Notes under the pieces: model-generated
Told to the model about the DNA's origin: nothing
What the model saw: the letters and a program-made list of their open reading frames with translations, nothing else
Databases searched by the model: none
Shown here: in pieces, positions 17,054-25,739 of the stretch
Position numbering within the stretch: the stretch's first letter is position 1
Layout of the letters: the number at the start of each line of letters is the position of its first letter
NCBI GenBank assembly: GCA_003697105.1
Contig: RFFQ01000016.1
Span: forward strand, 1-38,348
DNA from: Gemmatimonadota bacterium
Lineage (GTDB): Bacteria; 4572-55; J002
Length of the DNA: 38,348 bases
Reading direction: 5' to 3'
Made by a program: the position numbers and the translations under genes

Positions 17054-18246
17054 TACTGTTCCTCCTCAGCCAAGAATAAAGTAGTAGCCATCTGTTTTAG
17101 ATACCGTAAACCCTGAATGGCACGGCTGCCGTACCACGAAATCATTTCGCCGTCAATAAGAACGGTCGTTTTTTGTTCCACGGGGTAATGTGTCCGAAAT
17201 TCCGTGATGTCGGCGGAGGTAAAGGGATACGGTTCACTGCTAAATAAAATAAGGTCTGTGCTATCCAAAATCGGTTCGATCTCAATTTGGGGGTACCGCA
17301 CATCGGGGTCATGCCCAACCGTTTTCCAATGGATTAACTTCAGGCATTCACTGATGTATGTCTGCCGCGAAACGGTCATCCAAGGGTTTTTCCAAATTAA
17401 GTATAACACCTGTTGCGGGGGATAATTCACCTGCGTTGTGATGAGGTCTTGGTAGGTTTTTTCAAACTGGCGGCACAACGCACCGGCTTCTAGTTCTTTT
17501 CCGAAGATACTCCCGATTAATAGATACAAATCCAGATTATCGAGGGGGGTGTTGGGGTGGGTCACAATCACATTGGGGACAAATTCCGCAATTTGATCGA
17601 CCATCTCCTTCGGATTTTCATCAATGTTGACAATCACATGGGTTGGGTTTGTGATTTTCAGTTTGTGCGGATTGATCTTTTTTGTTCCACCGACACTTGG
17701 CACAGCATTGACTTGGTCTGCCGGATGGATGCAAAAGCTCGTTCGTGCCACGAGTTGGTCACCTAACCCTAGGTCAAACAGGAGTTCCGTGATGCTGGGG
17801 ACAAGGCAGGCAATTCGGGGCGGTTGTTCTGCTCTAGGGTGAACTGTACCGATGGCATCGGTACGATCCAGACCAAAATCAAACCACGATTCCGTGATCA
17901 CTTGTTGTCCGAATGTCGCTAGTGCTGGGAGGGGGTCTATTCCGGCCTCGAGGTCCGCTAACCGGTGTTGCAGTTGCTCTTTTAGAGCGGTCACAAATGG
18001 GCAGGAGGTTTCAGACTCCAATTGGTTGCACCGGTTGAAAGCTTTACGCCACAAGCTGGCACAACCTTTCATATTTTTTCGCTGATAATGGCAAGCACCC
18101 ACGGCCAATTGAATCAGTGCTTGCCAGAATTGGCGGCGGTTGCCGATCATCTGGTGCCACGGCTCTTCCCACTGTTCATGTGCCTCAAAATAGTCCCCTT
18201 GCCGGAAGTGTTTCCATCCGGCAAACAAATAATCTCGTTCCGTCAT
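17053..18246 (-). CDS. Fusion of a DUF309 domain and a helical-backbone (TroA/BtuF-like) metal/cobalamin-binding domain
   Basis: N-terminus YFEAHEQWEEPW..QALIQLAVG..H (DUF309); C-terminus RIACLVPSITELLFDLG, T.FCIHP, VGGTK, SSEPYPF, IDGEMISWYGSR. Start ATG 18246 overlaps the upstream stop (ATGA). Confidence 0.8.
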   Translation of the reverse strand: MTERDYLFAGWKHFRQGDYFEAHEQWEEPWHQMIGNRRQFWQALIQLAVGACHYQRKNMKGCASLWRKAFNRCNQLESETSCPFVTALKEQLQHRLADLEAGIDPLPALATFGQQVITESWFDFGLDRTDAIGTVHPRAEQPPRIACLVPSITELLFDLGLGDQLVARTSFCIHPADQVNAVPSVGGTKKINPHKLKITNPTHVIVNIDENPKEMVDQIAEFVPNVIVTHPNTPLDNLDLYLLIGSIFGKELEAGALCRQFEKTYQDLITTQVNYPPQQVLYLIWKNPWMTVSRQTYISECLKLIHWKTVGHDPDVRYPQIEIEPILDSTDLILFSSEPYPFTSADITEFRTHYPVEQKTTVLIDGEMISWYGSRAIQGLRYLKQMATTLFLAEEEQ

Positions 18247-19172
18247 GTGATTTCCAATGGGGTGAAAGGGTTTTGGTGCTGCCAACCGGTCAATCCGGTC
18301 TGGCGGTAGTGTTCTAACCGGCGAATGGTAAGCTCGCTATAAACGGGGTCAATATCGGTGGTAAAACACTGGCGATTCAGTCGTTCACAGGCAATTAGGG
18401 TGGTGCCGGCATGAGCAAAAAAGTCAATTACTCGTTCGTGTTCGCGGGAGCTGGCTAAAATGATTCGCTCCGTGGCTTGAAGTGGTTTTTGGGCATAACA
18501 CCCAGAGACATTCTCCTGCATTCGGTAGAACACCTGCTGAATATCTACCCAAACATTACTTGCTCGCAGGGTGTTTGATTTACTGCGTTCTAGGTTTTCG
18601 GTGCGCCTTCCTTTGATCGTTTTATAATAGCCGCGCAACACTTTCGGGATCGCGGTATATTGGGCGGTAAACGGAGGTTTCCCTTTGGTATAGTACAACA
18701 ATTCTTGCCGGACAGACATCCAATTGTGGGGGGTGCCAAATCCCCGTTGGTTGCGTAAGGTGATTAAGGAACGGCTGGTCAATTCTGGGAATTCGCGCAT
18801 CAGGAGCATAAATTCAGGTAGGGGTTGAAACCCATCCGTTTGATCGGCACCCATCCAGATGTAAAGGGCGGCGGGGTCGCTCAAGTACTTCAGGGTCAAT
18901 TGGACCCATTTTCGGCACCACTCGATAAAGTCAGCGGGGGGGCGTTCTTCAAAGGCGACCAGATTATAGGGTGGATCGTGGATAGCCAGTTGCGCGCGCT
19001 CGTCTCCCATTAACTGGCGGATATGCCCGGCATGGGTTGCATCCCCGCACCCCACACGATGCCCCCGTAACGGATCGACCCACACCTCACCGGGTTGGAG
19101 GCGGCAATATTCCAGCAATGTTTTACGAATTTCCGGGTGGCAGTCTAAACGGGGTAGCGGGGTGTGAATCAT
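18243..19172 (-). CDS. Orphan amino-methyltransferase (N6-A/N4-C, beta-class motif order)
   Basis: HRVGCGD, motif IV DPPY, NVW, AQKP, and variant motif I DFFAHAGTT near the C-terminus. Confidence 0.85.
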   Translation of the reverse strand: MIHTPLPRLDCHPEIRKTLLEYCRLQPGEVWVDPLRGHRVGCGDATHAGHIRQLMGDERAQLAIHDPPYNLVAFEERPPADFIEWCRKWVQLTLKYLSDPAALYIWMGADQTDGFQPLPEFMLLMREFPELTSRSLITLRNQRGFGTPHNWMSVRQELLYYTKGKPPFTAQYTAIPKVLRGYYKTIKGRRTENLERSKSNTLRASNVWVDIQQVFYRMQENVSGCYAQKPLQATERIILASSREHERVIDFFAHAGTTLIACERLNRQCFTTDIDPVYSELTIRRLEHYRQTGLTGWQHQNPFTPLEIT

Positions 19173-19174
19173 TA

Positions 19175-20467
19175 TTATGAAGCCGAGTTTGACTGATCGC
19201 GGAGAAGTGCCATTACTTCAACGGGCGTTTGACAATCCAACAACATTCGGGTCATAAAGGTATCTTGCATTAACCGGCCAATCGCCGCCAAAACGGGCAG
19301 GTACAAACGATAATTATTTTTGGGAGTCAATAATAAGAAGATAAAATAAACCGGGTTGCCATTGGGTGAGTCGAAATCAAGCCCTTCGGGGCAAATTCCC
19401 AAACATCCAATCACACCTTCCAGATTCTCAATGGCGGCATGAGGAATCGCTAAACCCCGATTGGTTGCTGTACTTCTTTCTTGTTCACGTTGCAATGCCG
19501 TGTGGAGGACTTCATCACGTTGGGATACCGGTATTTGTTTTTCCTCAACAAGGGTATCTACCAAGATCGTGATCGCTTCCCATTTATCCTTCGGGTGCAG
19601 GTTCAAGCGGATGGTACGTTCCCAGAAGACTCTTCCTAAATTGATTTTTCCATCATTATGGGCACGCACCATAAGCACCGAACAACTGGCTTGATTGGCA
19701 ATCTGATCGGGGATAGAACCACTTAAATATCGTCCGGTTCGCCAATCGTTGGACGCGCCTAGAATAACAAGATCAACGTGTTCCGTTTCTTCGACAATCG
19801 CTGGAATAAGCTGGTCTGCTTTTTTGATATGAATGGGCATATTGACATTGATCATTTCCAGTTGCATCTGCGTATCTTCATACAATTGTTCTGCAAATAA
19901 GTCCAATTCCGGGTCTTCTGGGAGGGTCTCTGGTACATGGGCAATCCGTAGAATATGGGCTTCCGCACCCCACTGGCGGGCAAAAATATCACCAATTTGA
20001 ATACCCAATAATGAGTGTACCCCTCCGGAGGTTAAGATTAATATTCGACGAATGGATTTATTTCCGCGGGGCTTCAAAATAAGGGTATCGAGTTCTTCAT
20101 TACGGGCAATTTCCCCGCCGGTCGAATTCGAGATTTCGGATTCAGCAATACTACGCCGCCAACCCATTAGCAACGTTTTACAATGGTAGTTCGCCGCTAC
20201 TTCGAGCACCGCTTCCATCAAACTGGTTTTGTAGATCAAATGCGGTGTTGCAGAGGCTCCCCCTAATTTTGCTGTTTCCGCCGCATGAAACAACAACCGC
20301 CCAATCCGCAATGTATCCACCGAGGGTTGTTGAGCCACATGGAGTAAGCGCAAAGAACCACCCTTTTCCGCGGCTAAGGTTGCGGCAAAGTGCACCAGAA
20401 TATCTTCCGTATCGGGATTGGCAACCGGCACAAGAATGTTACAATCGGTATCAAAGTGGTGGGACAT
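19175..20467 (-). CDS. Tandem universal-stress-protein domains fused to a PTS EIIA (Ntr/Fru-type) domain
   Basis: ILVPVANP..LRLLHV..LLMGW and RILILTSGG..DLVILGAS..GSIPDQIA..SVLMVR (two USP domains); REQERSTA..GLAIPHA, FDSPNGNPVYFIFLL (EIIA with phospho-His). Confidence 0.85.
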   Translation of the reverse strand: MSHHFDTDCNILVPVANPDTEDILVHFAATLAAEKGGSLRLLHVAQQPSVDTLRIGRLLFHAAETAKLGGASATPHLIYKTSLMEAVLEVAANYHCKTLLMGWRRSIAESEISNSTGGEIARNEELDTLILKPRGNKSIRRILILTSGGVHSLLGIQIGDIFARQWGAEAHILRIAHVPETLPEDPELDLFAEQLYEDTQMQLEMINVNMPIHIKKADQLIPAIVEETEHVDLVILGASNDWRTGRYLSGSIPDQIANQASCSVLMVRAHNDGKINLGRVFWERTIRLNLHPKDKWEAITILVDTLVEEKQIPVSQRDEVLHTALQREQERSTATNRGLAIPHAAIENLEGVIGCLGICPEGLDFDSPNGNPVYFIFLLLTPKNNYRLYLPVLAAIGRLMQDTFMTRMLLDCQTPVEVMALLRDQSNSAS

Positions 20468-20476
20468 GGGTGTGCC

Positions 20477-21037
20477 TCAACTAGAAGACGTAAATAAGTC
20501 ATGCCATTCCAAAAAGTGCTGGTATTGACGGTCTCCATACGTTTTAACCGTTGCTTTCACGTGTTCCACAGACCGTTCATACCATATTTTACGCGGATGT
20601 TTGCCAAAAAAAAGGTCGGCGTAGCAAATAATCTTTTCTTCAAGACTGTGCGGGATCATATCTCGGGCGGGGAGAGGTAGTTGGTTCAAAATAATTTCTT
20701 TCTCGGTCAATCCAACACCGATATGGGTTTCTGCGACAACGGCATGGCGGGCTAACCCTTCGGCTTCCAATATCTTCCGTCCTTCTGAAATATGACAAAT
20801 ATAGGGTAATTCTCCCTGACAACCGATTTCCGGTGCTTTTACTTTAATCACACCAATGTCGTGAAGCATGGCGGCTTCCTCAATAAACTGAAGTTGGTCT
20901 TCGGTTAACTTCAACCGTTTGCCGATGGCCAGGGCTTTTGCTGTTACGAGCGTCACATGGGGAATGTAAACCCCATACAGCCGGGAATCCGGCGGAATGT
21001 AGCGGTGAATGATTTCAAAATAATTGACTTTTTTCAT
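20477..21037 (-). CDS. HD-domain (HDIG) metal-dependent phosphohydrolase
   Basis: H..(AAML)HDIG..H..H..(IICYA)D ligand pattern. Confidence 0.85.
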   Translation of the reverse strand: MKKVNYFEIIHRYIPPDSRLYGVYIPHVTLVTAKALAIGKRLKLTEDQLQFIEEAAMLHDIGVIKVKAPEIGCQGELPYICHISEGRKILEAEGLARHAVVAETHIGVGLTEKEIILNQLPLPARDMIPHSLEEKIICYADLFFGKHPRKIWYERSVEHVKATVKTYGDRQYQHFLEWHDLFTSSS

Positions 21038-21051
21038 GACAACATTCCAAT

Positions 21052-21078
21052 AAAAAAAGCAACCCCAGCGGATTGCCT
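21052..21078 (-). terminator. Intrinsic terminator inside the 5' leader of the HD...pyk operon
   Basis: Minus strand GCAATCC-GCTG-GGGTTGC followed by 7 T, ending 15 nt upstream of the HD start codon. Confidence 0.65.
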
Positions 21079-21207
21079 CTCGGAAAGAGATATGTCACTG
21101 ATGATGTCAAATGAATGGTTTCCCCCCGTGATAGTTTCATAATTGCGTGTTTGTGCCATGCAAACCTTCATTTTTAGAAAACAAAATGGCAGAATTAATA
21201 TAAGCCG

Positions 21208-21236
21208 ATTTTACCAAAATTCCGGATCCGTGTCAA
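21208..21236 (-). promoter_or_regulatory. Strong sigma70-type promoter
   Basis: TTGACA-17 nt-TAAAAT with extended -10 TG; predicted start of transcription near 21201. Confidence 0.75.
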
Positions 21237-21299
21237 TAGAGAAATCCGGTAACGCCGCGAACCGACGGGACGTCTGTGTGAGGTTCACAGGATTTTACC

Positions 21300-21328
21300 T
21301 TGATTCTAACAAATACTTTGGCTATATT
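21300..21328 (+). promoter_or_regulatory. Sigma70-type promoter of the epimerase gene
   Basis: TTGATT-17 nt-TATATT. Confidence 0.55.
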
Positions 21329-21383
21329 GAATTTTTGATGGAGAAAACCCTTACTTTTTCACCTTATTGATGATATTCGGAAC

Positions 21384-22364
21384 ATGCGGGCGTTAGTCAC
21401 CGGAGCAAACGGTTTTATCGGCAGCCATCTGTGCGAACGGCTTTTGGAACGAAATTATACGGTTCGCTGTTTGGTGCGTCCAACAAGTGACCTGAAATGG
21501 ATTTACCGGTTACCGGTAGAATATGTCAACGGCAGTGTGGAAGATTTGGATTCACTCCGGCGAGCAATTCAGGATGTGGATTACGTCTTTCATGGGGCGG
21601 CAGTCACCAAGGCAAAAACCCCAGAAACCTATTACCGGGTAAATACCAAAGGAGCAGAACACATCTTTCAGGTCTGTTATGAGACCCGTTCTGCCCTCCG
21701 GAAATGTATTTTTGTGAGCAGTCTGGCGGCGGTGGGTCCAAGCCCTTCCAAAGAACCGATCACCGAAGAAATGCCCTGCCATCCGATTACCGATTATGGG
21801 CGGAGCAAATTAGAAGCAGAACAACTGGCACACCAGTTTATGCCGCATTTTCCGTTGACAATCATCCGACCGCCAGCCGTGTACGGACCGCGGGATAAAG
21901 ATACATTGCTTTTTTTTAAGCTGGCAAAATTAGGGATTACCCCACGATTCCAAAAAACGGAGCAATACCTCAGTTTGGCGTATGTGGAAGATGTCGTCGA
22001 TGGTATGATCCGCGCCGCCGAACATCCCGCCGCCAGTGGTAAAACATACTTCCTAAGCCACGAAGAAATAATTAGTTGGACAGATTTGGCAACAATCATT
22101 CGCCGCGTCATGGGCAAACGAAAAGGAATCTCGGTCAAAATACCGGAAATCCTGCCGAAGTGGGTCGCCCAAACATCAATGGGACTTGCTAAATTTACCG
22201 ATAAGCCGGCACTGTTAAACGAACAAAAAATCAATGAGATAAAACAACCGTACTGGACGGTAAGCCCCCAAAAAGCGATAGCTGATTTCGGTTTTCGTCC
22301 CCGTTCCATTGAAGAAGGCTGCCGATTAACCGTGCAGTGGTATCGAAATGAAAAATGGCTCTGA
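21384..22364 (+). CDS. NAD-dependent epimerase/dehydratase (extended SDR)
   Basis: TGANGFIG, FVSSLAA, YGRSK (YxxxK), RPPAVYGP. Confidence 0.92.
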   Translation: MRALVTGANGFIGSHLCERLLERNYTVRCLVRPTSDLKWIYRLPVEYVNGSVEDLDSLRRAIQDVDYVFHGAAVTKAKTPETYYRVNTKGAEHIFQVCYETRSALRKCIFVSSLAAVGPSPSKEPITEEMPCHPITDYGRSKLEAEQLAHQFMPHFPLTIIRPPAVYGPRDKDTLLFFKLAKLGITPRFQKTEQYLSLAYVEDVVDGMIRAAEHPAASGKTYFLSHEEIISWTDLATIIRRVMGKRKGISVKIPEILPKWVAQTSMGLAKFTDKPALLNEQKINEIKQPYWTVSPQKAIADFGFRPRSIEEGCRLTVQWYRNEKWL

Positions 22365-22382
22365 AGTTCAGGGCGGTCACAC

Positions 22383-22424
22383 AAAAAAGCCGTGGAATCC
22401 ATAGTAGATTCCACGGCTTTTTTT
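22383..22424. terminator. Bidirectional intrinsic terminator
   Basis: Perfect inverted repeat AAAAAAGCCGTGGAATC-CATAGTA-GATTCCACGGCTTTTTT between the convergent epimerase and ftsY genes. Confidence 0.9.
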
Positions 22425-22614
22425 GAGGAGCCATATTTTGCGTCCTATCCGATGCGACGTACTTTGAACGTGCGTCGCACCTGCCACGAATGGCTCAGTA
22501 AAAGAAAGCGGGCTGTTATTCAAGTGTTGCCATGTACCGAGGGGTTTTTATATTCCCGTTAATGTTTGCAGTAAAACTTCAAGCCATAGATGGAACTCCC
22601 GTATCATATCCGGC

Positions 22615-23553
22615 TCAAGCAAAAAGAGCTTCTACAAAATCATGCGGGTCAAAATCCTGAATATCTTCAACTTGCTCACCCACACCAATCAATTTAACCG
22701 GAATATTAAGTTCATCTTTGATCGCAATCACAATCCCGCCTTTTGCCGTTCCATCCAATTTGGTCAGGACTAAACCGGAAATATCGACCACTTGATTGAA
22801 TAATTTCGCTTGTTGGATGGCATTTTGTCCGGTGGTCGCATCCAAAACCAATAAAATTTCATGCGGTGCTGCCGGTAACCGTTTTTGAACTACCCGTTTG
22901 ATTTTCTCTAACTCTTTCATCAGATTAACCTTAGTGTGCAAGCGTCCGGCGGTATCGATCAAGACCACATCGGCGTTACGCGCAAGGGCGGCATCGACGG
23001 CGTCAAATGCAACCGCCGCCGGGTCTGCTTCCGGTTGGCTCCGAACAATTTGTGCACCGGCGCGGTCTGCCCAAATTTCTAACTGGTCGATTGCCGCGGC
23101 TCGAAAGGTATCTCCAGCGGCAAGGATCACGTGTTTGCCTTCCTGTTTCAGGCGGGCGGCGATTTTGCCAATCGTTGTGGTTTTACCCACACCGTTGACA
23201 CCCACCACCATAATCACATACGGCTTAACCGCACTAAGATCGAGTTCATAAGACCCTTCGCCCATTAGCGCGGCAATTTCTGCTTTGAGGAGACCTTCTA
23301 CCAAGCTGGGGTCTTTAATTTTATCAATTTTGATACGATTCTGAAGGCGGTCGATAATCGTCATTGTCGCGTGCACACCCACATCTGCGCTAATCAACAG
23401 TTCTTCAATTTCTTCCATCAGGTCATCATCGATGGTGGTATGCCCCCGGATTAAATCACCTAACTTCCCTAAGAAATTTTTACGGGTTTTAGAAAGTCCG
23501 GCTTTCAATTTTTCAAACGCTTTTTTGAACATTATTCGATGTATCCTCATCAA
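22615..23553 (-). CDS. ftsY: Signal recognition particle receptor FtsY (short NG form)
   Basis: GVNGVGKTTT, DTFRAAA, DTAGR, DATTGQ, TKLDGTAKGG. Start may be 23532 (MFKKAF). Confidence 0.96.
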   Translation of the reverse strand: MMRIHRIMFKKAFEKLKAGLSKTRKNFLGKLGDLIRGHTTIDDDLMEEIEELLISADVGVHATMTIIDRLQNRIKIDKIKDPSLVEGLLKAEIAALMGEGSYELDLSAVKPYVIMVVGVNGVGKTTTIGKIAARLKQEGKHVILAAGDTFRAAAIDQLEIWADRAGAQIVRSQPEADPAAVAFDAVDAALARNADVVLIDTAGRLHTKVNLMKELEKIKRVVQKRLPAAPHEILLVLDATTGQNAIQQAKLFNQVVDISGLVLTKLDGTAKGGIVIAIKDELNIPVKLIGVGEQVEDIQDFDPHDFVEALFA

Positions 23554-25739
23554 AAACTATTAAAGAAATTATGATTCAACGGTTGTTGGTCTTCATTTTC
23601 AAAATTTAAGGGATCGGCGGGTGTCGTTCCCATCGTAGCCGCCGTATGTAAATAGCAACTGTGGGCAGGTTGTGTACCTTCAATAAACACTTCTTCACGA
23701 GTCGCCGGGCAGAACTCAGTATTTAACAACCCGGTCACCGTGCAGATGGTTACAGAGGCGATGCCTTCGGGCATGGTAAAATCGAGTACTTCCATTGAGT
23801 CTGTGGCGGATTTCATAAAGTCTGTCCAGATCGGCACGGCGACTTTGCCCCCACTCATATTTCGCCCCAATGACTTTTTGGTATCAAAACCGACCCACAC
23901 ACCACATACCAATTGGGGGATATACCCGACAAACCAACCATCGGTAAAATCATTGGTGGTACCCGTTTTGCCCCCGACCGGGCGATCATACCCTCGATAC
24001 CGGATACCACGTGCCGTGCCATCATCCACCACACTTTGCATCAAACTGACCATCATATAAGCGGTTTGGGGCGAGATGACTTCTTCCTGATACGTTTCGT
24101 TGGTTTCAATGATGTTGCCATAGCGGTCTTCGATGCGGATGATTGAAATCGGTTCTACCCGCACCCCTAAATTTGGAAATGTCGTATAAGCCGCCACTAA
24201 TTCCATCATGTTGACTTCCGAAGTGCCAAGGGCAATGGAAAAGTACGGTGGAATCTCACTCTGAATCCCAAACCGTTTGGCGTAATCGATCACCGTGTAC
24301 ACGCCCATTTTCCGCAGAAGTTTAATGGCAACAATATTTCGGGATTGTTGAAAGCCGGTGCGAATCGTCACCGGACCTAAAAATTTATTATCATAATTCG
24401 CAGGCGCCCACCTTTCCCCACCTTGATTTTCCATGACAACCGGCGTATCGAGGATGATGTCTGCTGGGGTCATTCCATTGTCGATAGCTGCCGTATAAAC
24501 AAACGGCTTAAAAGCCGAGCCGGGTTGACGTTGAGCCTGTACGGTGCGGTTAAACCGGCTTTCGTAAAAATCCCGCCCCCCAACCATCACTTTGATGTAT
24601 CCGTCGCGGGGATCAATCGCCAGCAAAGCCCCTTGGATGTAATCTGTGCGTAAATTTTTGGTCTCGCCACCTTCCGGCTGGGTCACCCGTCGAACTTTAT
24701 ACCGGCGTTCCTTTTCAATTTTTTGTAGCTGGTCTTCCACAGCTTTTTCGGCGGCAATTTGCATGTTGGCATCTAATGTGGTGTAAACCTGATACCCCGC
24801 TTGATAGAGATTATCACTGCCGTACTTGCGCTCCAGTTGCTTGCGGACATATTCCACAAAATAGGGTGCTTTATTTTTGCGAACATCCAGAGGGTGAACC
24901 ACCAGTGAATCCGCGATATATTGCTGATATTCTTGAGGAGAAATATACCCCACCTCGCGCATGGCATTTAATACCAGATTTCGCCGCCGGAGGGCGTGAT
25001 CGGGATGGTCGTAGGGAGAGTAGAGCGCAGGTCGCTGGGGGATTCCGGCAATCAGGGCGGCTTCCGGAACGGTCATTTCGCGAGCCGGTTTGTTAAAAAA
25101 GAGCCGCGATGCCGCTTCGACACCGTATGCCCCGTGCCCATAGTAAATTTGATTAAAGTAAAATTCCAAAATTTGATCTTTGGAATACCGCTGCTCGATC
25201 TGGAGGGAAAGCAAGGCTTCCCGGATTTTACGAATCCAGCGCCGCTCATGAGTCAAAAATAGATTCCGTGCCAATTGTTGGGTAATGGTACTCGCACCTT
25301 CCATCGACCGGTTATCTTGAATGGTCCAGCGGAGAATATTATGCCATATGGCGCGGGTAATGCCGGTAAAATCCACCCCCCAATGGTCATAAAACCGCCG
25401 GTCTTCGGTGGCAATTACGGCTTTGATCAAATTATCTGGGATGGAATCCAACGAGACCGGAATCCGGCGCTCTTCATAAAATTCATAAAGAACTTCGTTG
25501 TTAATGTCATAAATTTTAGTGATAGTAGGGGGTTCGTAATTTTCCAACTTGGCAACGGAGGGCAAATCTTCATAGAGCATTTTAAGCGCGCCGATCCCGA
25601 TTCCGGCGCCCAAAAAAATCAGGGCAGTTAGTATCCACAGGGTGTATTTGACCACCCTCCCCCAGACACGGTGTTTTTCGGAGCGCGCTTTCCCGGAGGT
25701 GTAGAGCGCCTTGATTGGCTTTTTACTTTGATCTGACAT
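23550..25739 (-). CDS. mrcA: Class A penicillin-binding protein (PBP1A family)
   Basis: N-terminal TM; transglycosylase EDRRFYDH.G and GASTITQQ; transpeptidase SAFK, SRN, KTG. Confidence 0.93.
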   Translation of the reverse strand: MSDQSKKPIKALYTSGKARSEKHRVWGRVVKYTLWILTALIFLGAGIGIGALKMLYEDLPSVAKLENYEPPTITKIYDINNEVLYEFYEERRIPVSLDSIPDNLIKAVIATEDRRFYDHWGVDFTGITRAIWHNILRWTIQDNRSMEGASTITQQLARNLFLTHERRWIRKIREALLSLQIEQRYSKDQILEFYFNQIYYGHGAYGVEAASRLFFNKPAREMTVPEAALIAGIPQRPALYSPYDHPDHALRRRNLVLNAMREVGYISPQEYQQYIADSLVVHPLDVRKNKAPYFVEYVRKQLERKYGSDNLYQAGYQVYTTLDANMQIAAEKAVEDQLQKIEKERRYKVRRVTQPEGGETKNLRTDYIQGALLAIDPRDGYIKVMVGGRDFYESRFNRTVQAQRQPGSAFKPFVYTAAIDNGMTPADIILDTPVVMENQGGERWAPANYDNKFLGPVTIRTGFQQSRNIVAIKLLRKMGVYTVIDYAKRFGIQSEIPPYFSIALGTSEVNMMELVAAYTTFPNLGVRVEPISIIRIEDRYGNIIETNETYQEEVISPQTAYMMVSLMQSVVDDGTARGIRYRGYDRPVGGKTGTTNDFTDGWFVGYIPQLVCGVWVGFDTKKSLGRNMSGGKVAVPIWTDFMKSATDSMEVLDFTMPEGIASVTICTVTGLLNTEFCPATREEVFIEGTQPAHSCYLHTAATMGTTPADPLNFENEDQQPLNHNFFNSF

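Noticed and set aside
18243..19172. Restriction-modification system or prophage
   Set aside because: No nuclease, integrase, phage structural gene or att-like repeat nearby; flanks are coupled metabolic genes.
21074..21090. PyrR binding loop (TCCGAGAGGC)
   Set aside because: One base short of the UCCNGNGAGG consensus, and no pyrimidine genes lie downstream.
21144..21158. Second sigma54 promoter (TGGCACAAACACGCA, minus strand)
   Set aside because: GG-to-GC spacing is one base short of the strict -24/-12 spacing, and a strong sigma70 promoter lies upstream.
22428..22496. c-di-GMP-I riboswitch (GGACGCAAA on the minus strand) or SRP RNA next to ftsY
   Set aside because: It lacks the GGCAAA/GNRA stem and any downstream gene on that strand, and the SRP CAGG..GGAA..AGCAG core is absent.
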